A program made the position numbers and the translations under genes. Shown piece by piece: positions 22,696 through 36,800 of a stretch of 64,000 nt of DNA; position 1 is the stretch's first letter, and each line of letters starts with the position of its first letter. Under the pieces are notes generated by a model, which saw nothing but the letters and a program-made list of their open reading frames with translations, had not been told where the DNA came from and did not search any database. Source of the stretch: Marsupella aquatica (taxonomy: Eukaryota; Plantae; Marchantiophyta); the NCBI GenBank assembly GCA_973895155.1, contig OZ316895.1, positions 4,141,659 through 4,205,658 of the forward strand, read 5' to 3'.

Positions 22696-24833
22696 CATAC
22701 TAACTTTAGTTACTTAGTGGTGCAAAGTTAATAAAGAGAATCCCAAGTCACCTCACCACTGAACCATTCAACCCCCATGGACCTTCATGCATCTAACCCC
22801 TTCTGGTTTCCAAACAGTTTTTAAGATAGAGCATAATTTGGCTTTCAATATCTCTCTTGGCCCAGAGAGGCATGACTTTGTGGTAGCTCATTTGAATTGA
22901 GACTCATAGGTCTTGGGTTCAACTCTTGTGGCTGACACTTCCCAACTATTGTGGCCGACTCTTCCCTTTCTGTGGGGTTTCACAGATTTCCCTTTAAAAA
23001 AAAATTTATCTCTCTTGATGTCAAAGGGAATCAGGTCTATGTGTTTTAGTTAGTTAGAGGTAGCTTGGTAACACCTTTCCAGTGAACCAATGCAGATTTA
23101 GAGATGTATCTTATTATGAACCTGTAAAGATGACTTGATCACTCATTTTCCACAGTGTGCACTTCTGAAAGGTTTTGAGCAGCCAACTTAGGCATTCCAT
23201 ATCTCCATCGATATCTGATGGAATAGGCTGTTTTGGGCTCATTAATTAGAAGCAGCTTGGAAAAATCTTTGGACCAGTTGGCCTAACATCAATCAAATTT
23301 CAGAGAATTGTGAGACCTACTCATTTCCAAAAATGATTATGTAGTTCTTTTTGCCACATCTCACTCATGGATGTAAATATGTACCAAGCAGAAACCCTTG
23401 CATCTTGCCAGTATTAGCTAAGTATCTGCTTGCCCCGCTCCTTGCCCCTGGTTGACCACTTTGGGACCCCGGTTTAACTCCTGCTTCAACCCTCTCTCTC
23501 TCCTGGTAGGAACAAAGTAACAAAAACAAACAAGAATTGTGATCACTCTTGAGTTCTAGTTCTGCTAGTTTTGCAAGATTCAAAAATTGCCATAGATTTC
23601 AGTAATGAAAAAACTTGGCCAAGATGTGAACTCGTTCCAATGTGAACAGCTATAAGGTAGTTGCTCTTTGTTCAATGTTTAACAAAAGGTAAAGGAAAAA
23701 CCACCAGAGATAAAGTCACAAAACCATGCAGTCAACCATGCTAACTAACCTCCGACTGTTAGTTAGTGTTCACTTAACCTCCGGCAGTTATCCCATCTAT
23801 CACAGTCCTCTTTAGTTAATGAGGGAATTTTGAGGCAAGAGAAACAACCGTACGTACCAATATCTCAAGCTATTTACATTGAGCGTAGAAAGTGGACAGT
23901 GGACAACTTAGAAAGAAATTCCAAAAACTATAACACTATTCATTTGTGAGAACCTGACAATACGACTATCATTGTTGCCATGATTATTTGCAAAGATTGA
24001 TAACAACAAATCAAATTTATAGAAAGTTGCAAAATTAGGATTGTCCATAAAACTGGAAGAAAATTAAGCTTGGACTCATTTTGAAGCATTTTTTGAATCA
24101 TTTCATGAGCCCAATTTAATATTGGTGCTATCTTATTGCCAATGTTATTCCCATGGAAATGGTTATATATAAGTAGGAGCTAGCTTGAAACCTATAGCTA
24201 AAGGATGTAAACTCAAGGGCTACCCACATTAATTACCCAAAATTAATTGAAGCTAGAGGAGACAGTACAAATTCCAAACAAGTATTGCCCATTTCATTGC
24301 AAACAATGATACCAAGTTACCATTGCTTCAAAAACGTTGCAAAACTAAAACTGAATGGTTGTAAGTAACTTTGTGATGCACGTTGGGAGCTACCCATATT
24401 TGGAGTAATTTTGACACCATCAATGAACCCAATCTAAAAATCATATTACACTTTTGTTGTTATCATTAAATATGTGAAATGTGATAACTAAACTTGATAA
24501 GATCTTGGGGCCTCACTCGAAGGGGTCTCATATCATGCACAACTTTGGGAAATAAACTCACTACTAATCAAGATGTATTTACTCAATAATAACTTTCCCC
24601 TACATAATTTTGGAATAATCCTAAGTATTCCATTTTAAGTTAGTTTCTAAAACCCTATCTTTACTCAAAATGCAAAATATTGGATTTCAAACCTTCTAAC
24701 ATTCTTCCACAAAAACATTTATAATTGTTCCACTAAACCCAGAGAAAAAATCCTTATTTGCACCAGGCAGCATGTTGGATTGGAAGAAAATTAGTATAAA
24801 TGCTCAAGGATCAGAGTTTGCAGTCAATAGCTC

Positions 24834-25872
24834 CTTGGGGTCTCACTATGTGGAGGCCCTCAAAGTCACCTACAGTGTTTTTAAGCCTTGGCCCTGTTTT
24901 CATGGGCCCTATGAAAGTTAGAACATCTTTAGAATATTCCATCACTTTGATCAAAAGACCCTTATGCTCTTAGGAGTCTAAAACTATATTCAAAAAGACT
25001 CTAATGTTCTTCCACAAAAAATGATAAGTCTTCCATTAGATCTTACCATGGTCCGTGAAGGTCAACGTACTTTGGCAGATGTAGTGGTGGCAAGCCCATG
25101 ATTGCGACAAGACATCATTGGGACAGCGGCAGCAACGGCAGGGGCAACAACATCACGAGCAAAACAACGAAGGAGGCCAAATATGTTGCACAAGCTTCAT
25201 CTGATAGCTTCCTGCCCCTTGCTCTTGAGATATTTGGGCATCTCCATCATCAGTTCAACGGGCTTCTTCGCCAAGCTGCCCGGGATGTTCATGGCCGGAT
25301 GGGTCCCACCGGACCCCCGCTGTCTGTTTTGACCACGCACTTTCGCCAACGCATTTCAGTCACCTTACAGCGTGCTCAAGCTCGGGCCATCTATCATCGG
25401 TCTCTGACAGTGGGTGCTAGCGTGACTCCGCAGCGGCTAGCCCCCCTAGAGGACATTCCAATCTCACTTGCCAATTTAGTTTCGACACTTGATGTAGACC
25501 ATTAGCTTTTTGCCACATTTGCTAGGAATGATGAGGACCTCGGTCTATTTGCGGTAGTTTTAGTTCCTCTTTCTTGGTTTTTAGGGGTTTCCTTTGGCTC
25601 ACTTCTTTTAGTTCCTCTTTCTTGGTTTTTAGGGGTTTCCTTTGGCTCACTTCTTTTAGTTCCTCTTTCTTGGTTTTTAGGGGTTTCCTTTTGCTCACTT
25701 CTTTTGCATTTGGTTTTGTCCACTTGGGACCTCTCTTGTTTATTCTTTTGTACTCTATTTGGTCCTTTTCTGTAAAAAGTATGTGTTTTCGTTCGAACAT
25801 TAGAGCCAATAAAAAGACCATTTTTCTTTGTTGCACATGATGTGCCAATTTTATGAAATTGAAATCCCCAAT
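24834..25872. mobile_element. Old MITE family A copy split by a non-LTR retrotransposon fragment
   Basis: MITE-like halves at 24834-25040 and 25798-25872. Confidence 0.7.
25041..25797 (+). mobile_element. 5'-truncated non-LTR retrotransposon with restriction-like endonuclease (CRE-clade-like), plus 3' UTR with 3 x 48-bp repeat
   Basis: RTLADVVVASP..KEAKY..FLPLALEIFG..RISVTLQRAQARAI. 7-bp TSD CATTAGA (25034-25040, 25798-25804). 48-bp tandem at ~25558-25705. Confidence 0.75.
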
Positions 25873-27320
25873 AATAGGCATAGAGACCAACATGGAGGTA
25901 CCCAAATTTGAGAGGAAGGATATAAATTCCGATACCTATGATTTTGTTGTTCATACTATAAATAGTGGTAGCAAGTAGTTATCCCTATAGAAACTAAGTC
26001 ACAAAATCAATTATAATAAGAATGGTGGTTACTTAGTCTAAAATACAAAATTTTGGGAACTAGTAACTTTTGGACTTCAAAAAATAACAATTAAGATTGA
26101 ATATGTAGCCACAATTTAAGGCTCTTTGCTCTCAAAGATATATGTGACACCTTATGATTGGCTACCACTAAACAACAAAATAAATTTTTGAGGCAATATT
26201 TCAAATGATTTATTTCAATCCATTAGTGTTGGTATCTTAGTTGGTTGATATTGCACGTTCATTTTGGGATGGTGATATATGTGAAACATTGCTAAATATT
26301 GATATGTTGGTAGATATTGTCTGATAAAGCTATTTTAGAATGATCGAATGGAATACAATAATAGATATAGTGGCAACATGGTTGACATTTTTGCTGCTAT
26401 TTTGGAGTGTTTACTTAGATAGAATAGCAATAATACACTTAGTATGATTTGAGATATTTTGTCCTGATCTGATCAGGGAAAATCACACAAGTATCATTGA
26501 CGATATCATGGCAGGTAGAGATTTTTTACCCAGATTTTCAATGTGTCACAAACTCTAACTAAAAAACTGAGAGGTAATTTCAATGACCAGCTATGGTTTG
26601 ACTACTCATGAGGTGACTTTGACCATATAATTATATGAGGTGGATTGTGGAGTAATTTATTCTTGAGATGTGGTTCAAACAATGCAAACAATTATTTTAA
26701 TCTTGCATAGCTCTGCCTATTGATGGGGTTTTGGCAAGAAGGAGAAAGTAGAATAATGGGCATAGCGTTTGCACACTATTCATTCATGACATTTCTGATC
26801 TTGCAATGCCTTTTTCTCAAGTTGCCCATCCAAATATCCAAGTAGCATTCTATTCCAAAAAACATTCTAAGCTAGTGTGCGGGGAATTTTCTCACTCATA
26901 GTTTTCTGACAGGTCTAATAGCTCTTCAAACAAACTTACATACGATGGCAAAAGCACTAGCTATAATTATTGTGTTTGAGATTTGACCCCCTTGTAGCAA
27001 GCTTTGTCAAATGAATGGCTTCTCAAGATTCACATGAGAATATATCATTCCTTCATATAATTTATGTTTGTGGTGGCCTAGCACCCCTAGATATATTTGG
27101 TCTTTATATATGTTTTGGCCTACACCTTACATATTTGAGCTTTTGCCTCTTACTTGCAATTGACAAACTGACATACTCAGACAAGTGCTTGATTAGCTCA
27201 ACCTAACTTGTAACCTTAGTTAGTTTATTAATGGAAATGCAAACTAAGATTTGCCCAAGATATATACAATTCTAGTCCAAGTGTGCCTATCTAAGCATCC
27301 CACTTTCATACATCAGTCAG

Positions 27321-27618
27321 ATTGGGGGTTTGTTTTGTGCAAATGGCATATAAGGTGCAATGAAGCGTGATTGGGTCCTTTTAATATTTATTCGATAGAA
27401 AGACTTACAATGATTTGTTTAAGAACATTAAGGTCTCTTAAAGACAATGTTGAGACTTATCAGGAAACACAGGGTTTTAGAAACCAATTACGATTTTTTC
27501 AAAATACTTTAAATTAATAGGGGTTAAATAATTTCCAGAAAAAACATTAAATTTGGAGTGTACCTGACCTTAAAATGTTGTAGGTAATGTGGGGCCTTCA
27601 AATAGTGAGACATCTAAG
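27321..27618. mobile_element. Highly degenerate MITE family A copy
   Basis: TTGGGGGTTT..AAATGGCATAT..GAGACTTAT..ATAGTGAGAC is colinear with the young copies. No TSD seen. Confidence 0.55.
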
Positions 27619-27694
27619 ACTTCAATCTTGGTTTGGATCACACCTAGAGATATAAGTGTTGGTTGATGTGCTTGACGTGGTTGTGATCAGGATT

Positions 27695-27823
27695 GTATCA
27701 TTGGAGCATATACAAATGGTCGCAAATAAAAGTATAATTGGACATGACAGCCCCATAGCAGCACCTAGGGTCATGTCCAATTATACTTTTATTTGCGACC
27801 ATTTGTATATGCTTCAATGATAC
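27695..27823. repeat. Hairpin with 54-bp inverted arms (1 mismatch) and a 21-nt loop
   Basis: Arms at 27695-27748 and 27770-27823. Confidence 0.9.
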
Positions 27824-29489
27824 CAATATGCAAAATGCCACTGTCTTCAACAAACCATTTTATATCAACCATCTTGAGAGTCAAAACGCACCTGTGTGCT
27901 CAAAATCATCATTGAGCTATATAAGTTTTAGTGAATCCTAAAGTCACAATTCTTGCTTATGCCAAACTCAAGGGTCCCTATTTGTTTTGTTTATGCTCAT
28001 CATGGTCTCCTCATTCTTAGCCAAATCTAGAAATGGCCTATCCGCCGGTATGGTTCAAACCTTATAGCTCGCCTTATAGGAACTCAATGATGCTAGAGTT
28101 AATTAGGCAACACCAAAGCATATATGAATAACTGTTGACAAAGTCACAACTTTCACAACTAAAACTTCTATAAGAAAGGAGGATTAGTTAATTTATCTTA
28201 CCAATTCATCTTGCATTTCTTGACACATTAAAAAAATGCGATACATATCAAGTCTCTCAAATTCCATATTGCATCCTTGGACTTGAATATGAAAAGAACC
28301 ACCACAAATCTAGTGTTGACCCTCCCTAGTAGAAATTATAAAAGGACACTACCAATACCACAAATAAAAATTTATTGGTTTCAACCCTACTCTTTTCAGA
28401 TTGGTCAAAAACTAAATCCACTCATAATTAAGCCAGAACTTGAAAACAACACCAACATTACCAAAAATGATAAATTAATTTGTGGCCAACTCAGAATCAT
28501 CTGCGCTAGTGTTTTTTTCTGTTATTTCTATTGAAGATTTTGTGCTCAGATGGGCAGCAGTAGAATGCAAACCCTCAAGGTCCTAAATAGGACACGAATC
28601 CAAATTCCTATACAATTATGGATAATTATCCTCATTGCAAAATTTAAATTAATTATAGCAAAGCTTCACTAGAAAATTGAAAACTAAGAAGGGTTGTGAC
28701 TTAGTCAATGAACCTTCAAATCCAACATTGTTTGGAATCATTTGGAAGTTGTGAATTGAGCCCAATTTAATACTCATGCTATTTTTCAATGTAATCTCCA
28801 CATAAAAGTTACAATCCGTGTAAAAATCTGCGCTCAAAACTGGAAGAAAAGGATTATTCTAGAACCTGAATTTCCCATTTTCCCATGACAAAGATTCAGT
28901 TTTTTCCCCATTACAAATATTCAAATGATTTTAACTTACCTGTCAATAAACATATTCATTTAGTCTTGTTCTCACTCTTTTGAAGTGACTATTGAGCCAA
29001 AGTTAATAATGGTGTTATGATGTCAATGTTATCTCCACATAAAAGGTTATCATCTGAATAAAGGTCTGTGCTCAACACTAGTAACCAAATAATCTAAACC
29101 CAAGGGCCTGATCAGGACTGACCAAATAGGGAGTCAGATAAAATTATTATTTTTCCATTACCAAGGAAGTAATCGATATATAAAGTTGCAGATTGAACTA
29201 AGTTTAATTATAACTTAGAGAAGAACACACCAAAGCTAGTCATGCTTAGACTCGTTATAAAGCCATGAATGAGCCCAATTTAATAATGATGTTATTGCAT
29301 AGACATATTGTCCACATGAAATGTTAGTTGCTAGAAACAATATTGCCCCTAAAAGTTGCAGGAAGAGGATACCAAAGCATTCAGTTTTGTGGAAGGGTGT
29401 GATAAGCTTGCATGCCAGGATATTTCTGCAGGGTTGGTGACTAACAGAATCATCTATCGGGTTGTTTTATTGGTGGGATGTGTTTGCAG

Positions 29490-30470
29490 TTTTGGAAAAT
29501 TCACATGACCAGTTTTGATTGGTCAATAACAAAATAGCAAAAGTACTCGAATATTGAGCTCTTGTTTTAAGTTTGTGATTTTCTTGCCAGTTCTTCTTTT
29601 CCATTAGAATGTTTACTAAAAGCTACCTATGAAGTGGGGTCATGTGTTTGTGGGCGATGTTTTTGCAATTTATTCAGAAAACTCTCATGAATTTTCATAG
29701 GTACTTGTGCGTTGCTATATTTTTAGCTCAAAAGATGCAATGATTGCTATTAAAATTCATTTATTTCTAGCACTTTTGTAGCTTTGGAAGGGAAGCAGTG
29801 AAGTTATTTTGTTCTTCTAGCTCAATGCTTGAGCATTAATTTACTCCAAAAGCTAGTTTGTAAACAGACACAGAACACTTTTGGCCGGATTACTTACTAT
29901 AGTGGTTGATTTTCTATGCCATTTTTGTAATTCTTGCAAGGTGTGCATGCTCTAAATTTATTGTGTTTTGTATTATTGTAAGTGATGAACAATACAAACT
30001 GGGGAACAATTTCTGGACAATGAATAACCAGGTGATTTGTAACATAACTGCAAAGGTCTTTGTTTAACTATGAAGTGGCTTAATTTGGGCTGAATGTGCT
30101 GTCATTAATTCTCATTTTGGCAGGGAAAATACTGGAAACTGATTGTAATGGGTTTTGCATCCAGATTTCCAGGATTGAATGTGAATTTGGATACCCATAC
30201 TTGCAATCGATATTTTTGTTCTAGGTGAGGTTATAGCACACATGTTCCTATCTTTTCAGGACATCATAAAATTGACATTGTAATATTTTGAAAAATATTA
30301 TTAAGAAAGGAAAAAAGGATTTTGGAATGAGAAATATTGGGGTTTTGAGAATTCTTTGAATGTCCAAATGATACTAAAAGAAATTTAATGGTAGATCTAC
30401 TTTTTCCTTAAATATTGCCAATTTTGTTAGATTTGGCCAAAATTGAAAACTCCCTTGAGTTATAGTTTGG
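29490..30470 (+). mobile_element. Ancient relic related to the right end of the large DNA transposon
   Basis: Colinear patches: ~29500-29545 vs 13793-13845, ~30045-30080 vs 14515-14550, and ~30420-30455 vs 14900-14935. Confidence 0.45.
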
Positions 30471-32197
30471 CTTTCTACTTAGTTAAATTTAAATTTTAAA
30501 CTGTAAGTGAAATTCCGTTAGGCTATCTTTCTAAGGGATGTCATTTGAATCACTGATCCACAGCAAGAGCCAAAGCAGAATTGATCTGAGTATGTTGTCA
30601 CCAATCAAGTTCAACTAGTTTTTAAACCTGGATCCATGCATCAAACACTTGTCGGGAATAATTGTTTTGCCAGGGCACTTATTTGACATTCGTTAGTGCA
30701 GCCACAATCTTTAACGTACAAGATGCTCAGATGTGCATGGACCACCCCAAAAAGCTCTTTTCTAAAACTCAGAATTATGCCTTAATTCTTTTAAATGCTC
30801 ACCTTTTCGGTTGTGTAAAGTCTGTGCTTGGCCCATCTTGCTCCCTTTTTTTTAAATGCTCACTTTTTGGGTGCTTGGTCCATCACAGTCTTCAGATCAA
30901 ACTTACTTTGCAATCCATCCTTGCATCAATTAAACTGTGGGTTTTAATTTGATGATGGCTTTCCCTGAAAGGATTTTCTGGGGAAAACGGGAGAAGGGAA
31001 CAGTACCCAAGATTTTGTGCAAACTGTGTAATTATGCATATAGTTGTTTTGGGATCCCCTTCATTTTTTCCGTCTATCTATAGAAGAAAACACTGGTAGA
31101 CCCGGAGAAACAAAGGTGTCATGATTGTTAATTGCATTTTTCTTCTCGACAATCTAAAAGTAGTCATGGTAATTTGAGGTTGGATTTGACATTTGGGGGA
31201 TGAATGTGAGGCATGAGGTTTGGATGTGGTAAACGTCAAAATTATCACAAGAGGGTTCCCTGCTTCCCCTTGCTAGGTCTAACATAAATGTTCATAAATA
31301 CAGTAATGAACAAAACTAGGATCCCTTTGTCCATCAAAATTTTGCCAAGACTTCTATTCAAATAATTCCTGATAGGAAATGTGTCAACCTTGCAGATCTC
31401 CAAAGTAGAGGTTACAAAGCTTCCGACTAATTTGCAACTCCAAAGACAGAAAATCAACTACTGTAGTTTCCAACTTAGTTAAGTCAGCATTTTCCTTGGA
31501 ACTTAAGTCAGCATTTTAGTAAATTTATATTGGTTTTCGGATGTCCTTCTTGCAGTTGATTCTTCTATCCAGAAAACTTGAGGGAGAGAATGATGACTAC
31601 GTCTACTGAAATGATGACCTATCCCGTAATTAGTTCGATCCAACAAAGCCCTCCATCGCCAGTAACTGTGGCGCACGGTGAGAAAAAGCAAGGGGTCCAG
31701 GAAGGTCAATCGAAATCCTGGAAGCATTTTTACTAGTAGGAGGAGCCTTGAGTGATTGGTGATGATGAGGATGATGATTGTGTAAAAAGGGACGTGCCTG
31801 AATCCTCATAATGGAAACGGGCCCCAACAAAAACTGCAACAAGGACATCCGAAATTCGCTCTGATCATCAGGGAGTTGAGAAAGACAGAAGTCGTAATGC
31901 TTACTAACAGTTTATCACCGCTCTCCTTGTCTTATGGTGACAGACATTCTCTTGTGGGGCCCTGGAATTTGAAGTGGAGTGGAGTGGGGCATCCATGGCA
32001 GCCATGCATCTACAGTTCCTGTGCTGATAGATTCTCACTTACCCAACCAGTGTAGATGCTGCTGAGGCTGCAGCTGCTCTCTCGCTATCTCTCGTTTGTT
32101 TTGTGGACTGGCCCGATTCTTGTCCCCCTTGGCTTTGATTCTTGTGCTCAATGTGAGTGGCCCCAATTCTGTGGCAGCTCTTCACAATCAGACAACG

Positions 32198-32790
32198 GCC
32201 TGCTAAATTTAATGGGGTTGCTTGCTTGGTCCTCTTCTACAGTCCTTCCTCCCTTCCATCCTGCCTTCCCTACGCTACATTTGTTGGGGTTGCTTGTTTA
32301 CTCCTCTTTACCGTCCTTCCTTCCTTCCTTCCTTCCTTCCTTCTGTCTGCTAAATTTGATGGGGTTGCTTGTTTAGTCCTCTTTTACCGTCTTTCCTTCC
32401 TTCCTTCCGTCCGTCTGCTAAATTTGTTGGGGTTGCTTGTTTGGTCCTCTTTTACCGTCCTTTCTTCCTTCCTTGTTTTGTGCCCATTTTATCATCCGTC
32501 TGTCCTTCCTTCCTTCCGTCCTGCCTTCCCTCTGCTAAATTTGTTGGGGTGGCTTGTTTGGTTCTCTTTTACCGTCCTGCTGGGTTTGTTTGTTTGGGCC
32601 TAGTTTATCATCCGTCTGTCCTTCCTTCCATCCCGTCTTCCGTCTGCTAAATTTGTTCGGGTTGCTTGTTTGGTCCTCCTGTACCACCGTCCTTCCTGCC
32701 TGTCTTCCCTCTAGTCTGAGTGTACTCCCCGTGGCCAAAGCAGTGCTGTGGCAGGCCAGCACAGTCACACCATCTGCTAAATTTGTAAAT
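32198..32790. repeat. Minisatellite of ~7 variable-length units CTGCTAAATTTGTTGGGGTTGCTTGTTTGGTCCTC + (CCTT)n
   Basis: Unit starts near 32200, 32272, 32346, 32415, 32531, 32644 and 32774. Confidence 0.85.
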
Positions 32791-33810
32791 AATAATGGGT
32801 CCGCTTACCGTCCTACCCAAAACCCGAATTCTTGAAATGTAGTCCTTACTTAGCTAGTCTCCATCTGGCAGCTAGACGAGCTGTTTGACCTTTGATGAGC
32901 TCTAATGAATTATTATTCCCACTACCCAACCTGCTTACTCTTCTCTCTCCTTTACACAGATCACAACTGTCTTTCCTCTTTCCGTTCCTCTCAAGAACGG
33001 CGTGAGTCACAGTCAGGCGACGAAGGGAAAGAAAGGCTAGGTAGAGAGCTATGGTCTACACAGCTGCTGCTCGTTGGAGAGTGGGACGATCATTATCAAG
33101 TTCGCGCGTGGCAGGTCTACTTGTAGGTGTACCAATCGAGGCGTTGTGAATCTCGCGAGAGCTACCTGGATCACCGAAATTCTCCTGCCCCTTTCTCGAC
33201 TCATTTTCCTCCTTCCAGTCATCCAGTGACTTCAATTTAATACGGCTCCCCCTCTCTCTCTCTCTCCCTTTCTCTCTCTTCCATCTCCCGCGATCTCCTC
33301 AATGCCCAAGCTCGTAGTTGCCACAATGGGACCCACAACTGCCTGTCGACTATAAGTTACTTCGCGAGAGGCTTGAGCGAACTCCTTGACAACTATATTA
33401 GCCAGATTGATGCAAAGTTTTCTTTCACACTCCGACACAATCGGGCTCCCCTTGCCTCTCCTCCACTTCATTCCCCCGTTCACAGTTTCCGCATCTAGAT
33501 CTCCTCAACCTCCTTCCTTACGCCCTTCTCACCACCCCACAGCTGAAGTCACGATTCTCGCACACGCTCTCTAGCAAACTCCCCAGCGGTAAAAAATTGG
33601 TTTGGGGTGAGTGTCGGGGAGAGAGGCAAGAGCAAGGCAGATAGACTGAGAGGCCGGTAGGGAGAGAGAAAGCGATTCAGTGCCCCGCATTTCGTCGAGC
33701 TCAGAGCAGATTCTGTTCTGTACATGCATTCTCTCTGCGGGGCTCGTGGACTTGTCACGGAATTGTGCGGGGAGTTTGGCCGGACGTCTCGTGTCAAAAT
33801 CTGAGCTTAG

Positions 33811-36800
33811 ATGATGGCAGCTAGCTGCAGTCTCCACTCATTTACTGGTCGGGCTCGTTATCGACAGTCAATTCTGCCGGTGCTGCCGGCTTATGATGGT
33901 TTCCGTCGTCGTCAGGCTATCGCTTCCCCAATTCGCGAACCAGCTCTGCTAAGGCACCAGCGAAAGCAAGGTATTACTACTACTACGACGACGATCCATG
34001 AATCGATGGTCCCCCTGATTTTTCTGTCATCTGCCGGAAATGCTCCGCCGTTGCAAGCCAGTTCGCTCATCGAAATCCAGTCACTGCAAACTGCTGTACT
34101 AAATGTGTTGCATTGATTGCTATCCGAGCCGGCAATTCGTTCTCCTCCTGTTTTCTGTGCCGTTCCTGTACTTCTGAAATGTGCGTCTCATGCAACGCTG
34201 AACGATTCCGCTTTCTCCAATTGGAAGGACCTCCGGCCGTTGGGTTTAATAGTGTGGATTGATAATGTTTCGATTTCTTCAGTGGCCTGGATATCATCAA
34301 TTTTGTTACCTCCAGCTGCTAACGAGGACTTCACCTACGGTCAGCCTACAACAGCGAAAAAAGGTGAGGCGTCAATCTGCAGCTACCGCAGGCTTTGGGT
34401 TATATTTTCAATTTCAGAACACAGTCACATGGCCGTCACTCTCTTCAGCTGCACAAATTTCCTGTGGCAGAAGAGAATTTATGCTTTTGAATTGTGTTAT
34501 GTTTTGCCGATTCTCTGTCTTCAAACAAATAGCGGGCGGCAATGAGTAATGTGCCAGTCAAAGTCACCCCTCTCTGTTCCCGGCATAGTGAGCAACTGTA
34601 TCGTTTGCATTAGCATTTACTGGATCCATAGTTAAAGATGCTACGACCCGTTCCAGCTAAGTCTGACCAGCTTTAGATTACAACATATCTCGGTGTTTCC
34701 TTTCCTTGAGAATTTGCAACAACCTATCCAATGATGAAAAAATGAGGATAGGGTACTGTAAATTTTGTTCATGATCTTGCACGTCGCCCCGACAGTCTGT
34801 ACCGTGTTCGAGACACGAGACTGAGATCCCGAGGTGAAATTGCCCAATCCTGAAATGGCTCTAGCCTGTCCATTGTCTTTTGTGGTTTGTCTGTCATCCA
34901 TCCTGAGTTTTCTCGCTGAGTTAATCCGCGATGTCAATTCCTCGTCAGGCAACCGCAGATCCCCAGCACCCAGACAAGTTCGGTGTGAGTAGATCCTCTC
35001 TTTTAGCCTACCGTAGTGTCGGTCGGGTCTCTAGCTCAGCTTGAGGAAATGAGGAATCTTCCAACCTACTCCTGGCCACGTGATCAGTCCGCTCGCTTTC
35101 CAGTTACGTTAGTTGAAGTCCTGCCAGTCATTGGATTACAGGCTACATTTTGTCGTCACTTCATTCTAGATCCGGGGCCCTTGAATGTCAGAGTGGATTC
35201 CGAAGCGTTATCGGCAGAACCGTACGTGTTTGTGTGTGAGGCCTGGTGATGAATCAAGTTGAAGAAAGGGAATACCGGATTGGCCCTGATTGGCTCTAAT
35301 CAATGTTGTTATTTCTTGTTGTGCATGCCCAGATGTGGGCCAGTTCTTGCCACACCCAGCAAGAATTCCCGGGAAAGCAGTGCGGCCGGAGCAGAAGGTA
35401 TACCCACAGGCGGTTGAGGTAACGTTGCGCTCTCCATGTTCAGCGAGTAAGCCTTTGGAGGGTTGTGGGATGAAGTGGAGACTGGAGCGCAGGTTTTCGG
35501 AGTTATGTTGAGGGATGAATTGGTTCCAGGAGATGAAGCTTTTGCAGTGTGTTGGGAGATGCATTTTGGCTACAGGAGTTGCAATTTTGGTGTGTTTGAA
35601 GGCAATTGCGTTAGATATATAAAAGCTTTTGTAATGTCTTGGGGGAATGACATTGGTCACAGAACATTGGTCACAGAAGTTGTTCATAGAGGGATAAATT
35701 TGTTAGGTTCTGGAATGTGTAGAGGGGTGCATCCGGGTACGGAAGCTAAAGCTTTTGGAGGGTGGGGTGGGTTGAGTCTGGTGACGAAATTACAGTTCTG
35801 CCTTGTGGCATTGTCTGCTGAAAGATAGAGATCGAAAACGTGTTTGTCACGTAGGTTGAGAGCCACTTCCGGTACCACATTAAAGCTTGTGACTCTCTCG
35901 CTGCAGGTCTCGACAGAACAAGAGGAAGCAAGGATTATACAGGAACTAGTGTCTCGTATCAAGGAAAAGCTGAACTGCATCAAACACAGCGATGGAGAAA
36001 TCAGCGTATCTGCTTATGACACTGCATGGGTTGCTCGAATTCCAGCTGCCAACGGAGCCGATAGACCTCAGTTTCCTCGCACTCTGGAATGGATAGTGAG
36101 AAATCAGCACTCCGATGGTTCATGGGGTGACAATCAAAAGAATTGGCTGTATGACCGATTCATTCAGACTCTCGGGTGTATTGTAGCTCTGAAGTCTTGG
36201 AATCACTGCTCTTCCTGCGTTGAGCGAGGTACCGAACTTAATTCGGCCGTCCGATTCGATTGACATTCGTTACTTTCTATCTTTTCTTGTCTGCGTTGTG
36301 TTTGACATACTTTGAACATGCCATAACCTTCTCCAATGGAATCAATCATTGCAGGTGTGGAATACATAGCGAGGTATGCCGACAAGCTAGAGAACGAAGA
36401 AATCCTCCGCATGCCAATTGGTTTCGAGTTGTCCTTCCCTGCCCTCTTAGCTGAAGCGAAGAGTCTTGGGTTGAATATTCCTTACGATATCCCCTTTTTC
36501 GGAATACTGGAGCAACTCAGGGCGAAAAAGTTACAGAGGTAAAGTCCTACACCATCTGGATGCATACCGATATATTCATAGTGGTTGCCTTTGGTGCACC
36601 CTCGGTGCACTTTTTGCAAGAAATGGAACCGGGTTATGGCTGGCCTTATGCATTTACAGGACATTGACCTTTGATGAATCTGGATCAGGGTCCCTCTGGA
36701 GCTCTTGCACTCGCAGCCAACCACATTGCTGCACACCTTGGAAGGTATACAGAGTCTCGAAATCGACTGGGCCAAAGTGCTGAAGTTCCAGTCGGAAGAT

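Noticed and set aside
25502-25954. Lys/Glu-rich repetitive ORFs
   Set aside because: They arise from the 48-bp tandem repeat in the retrotransposon 3' UTR.
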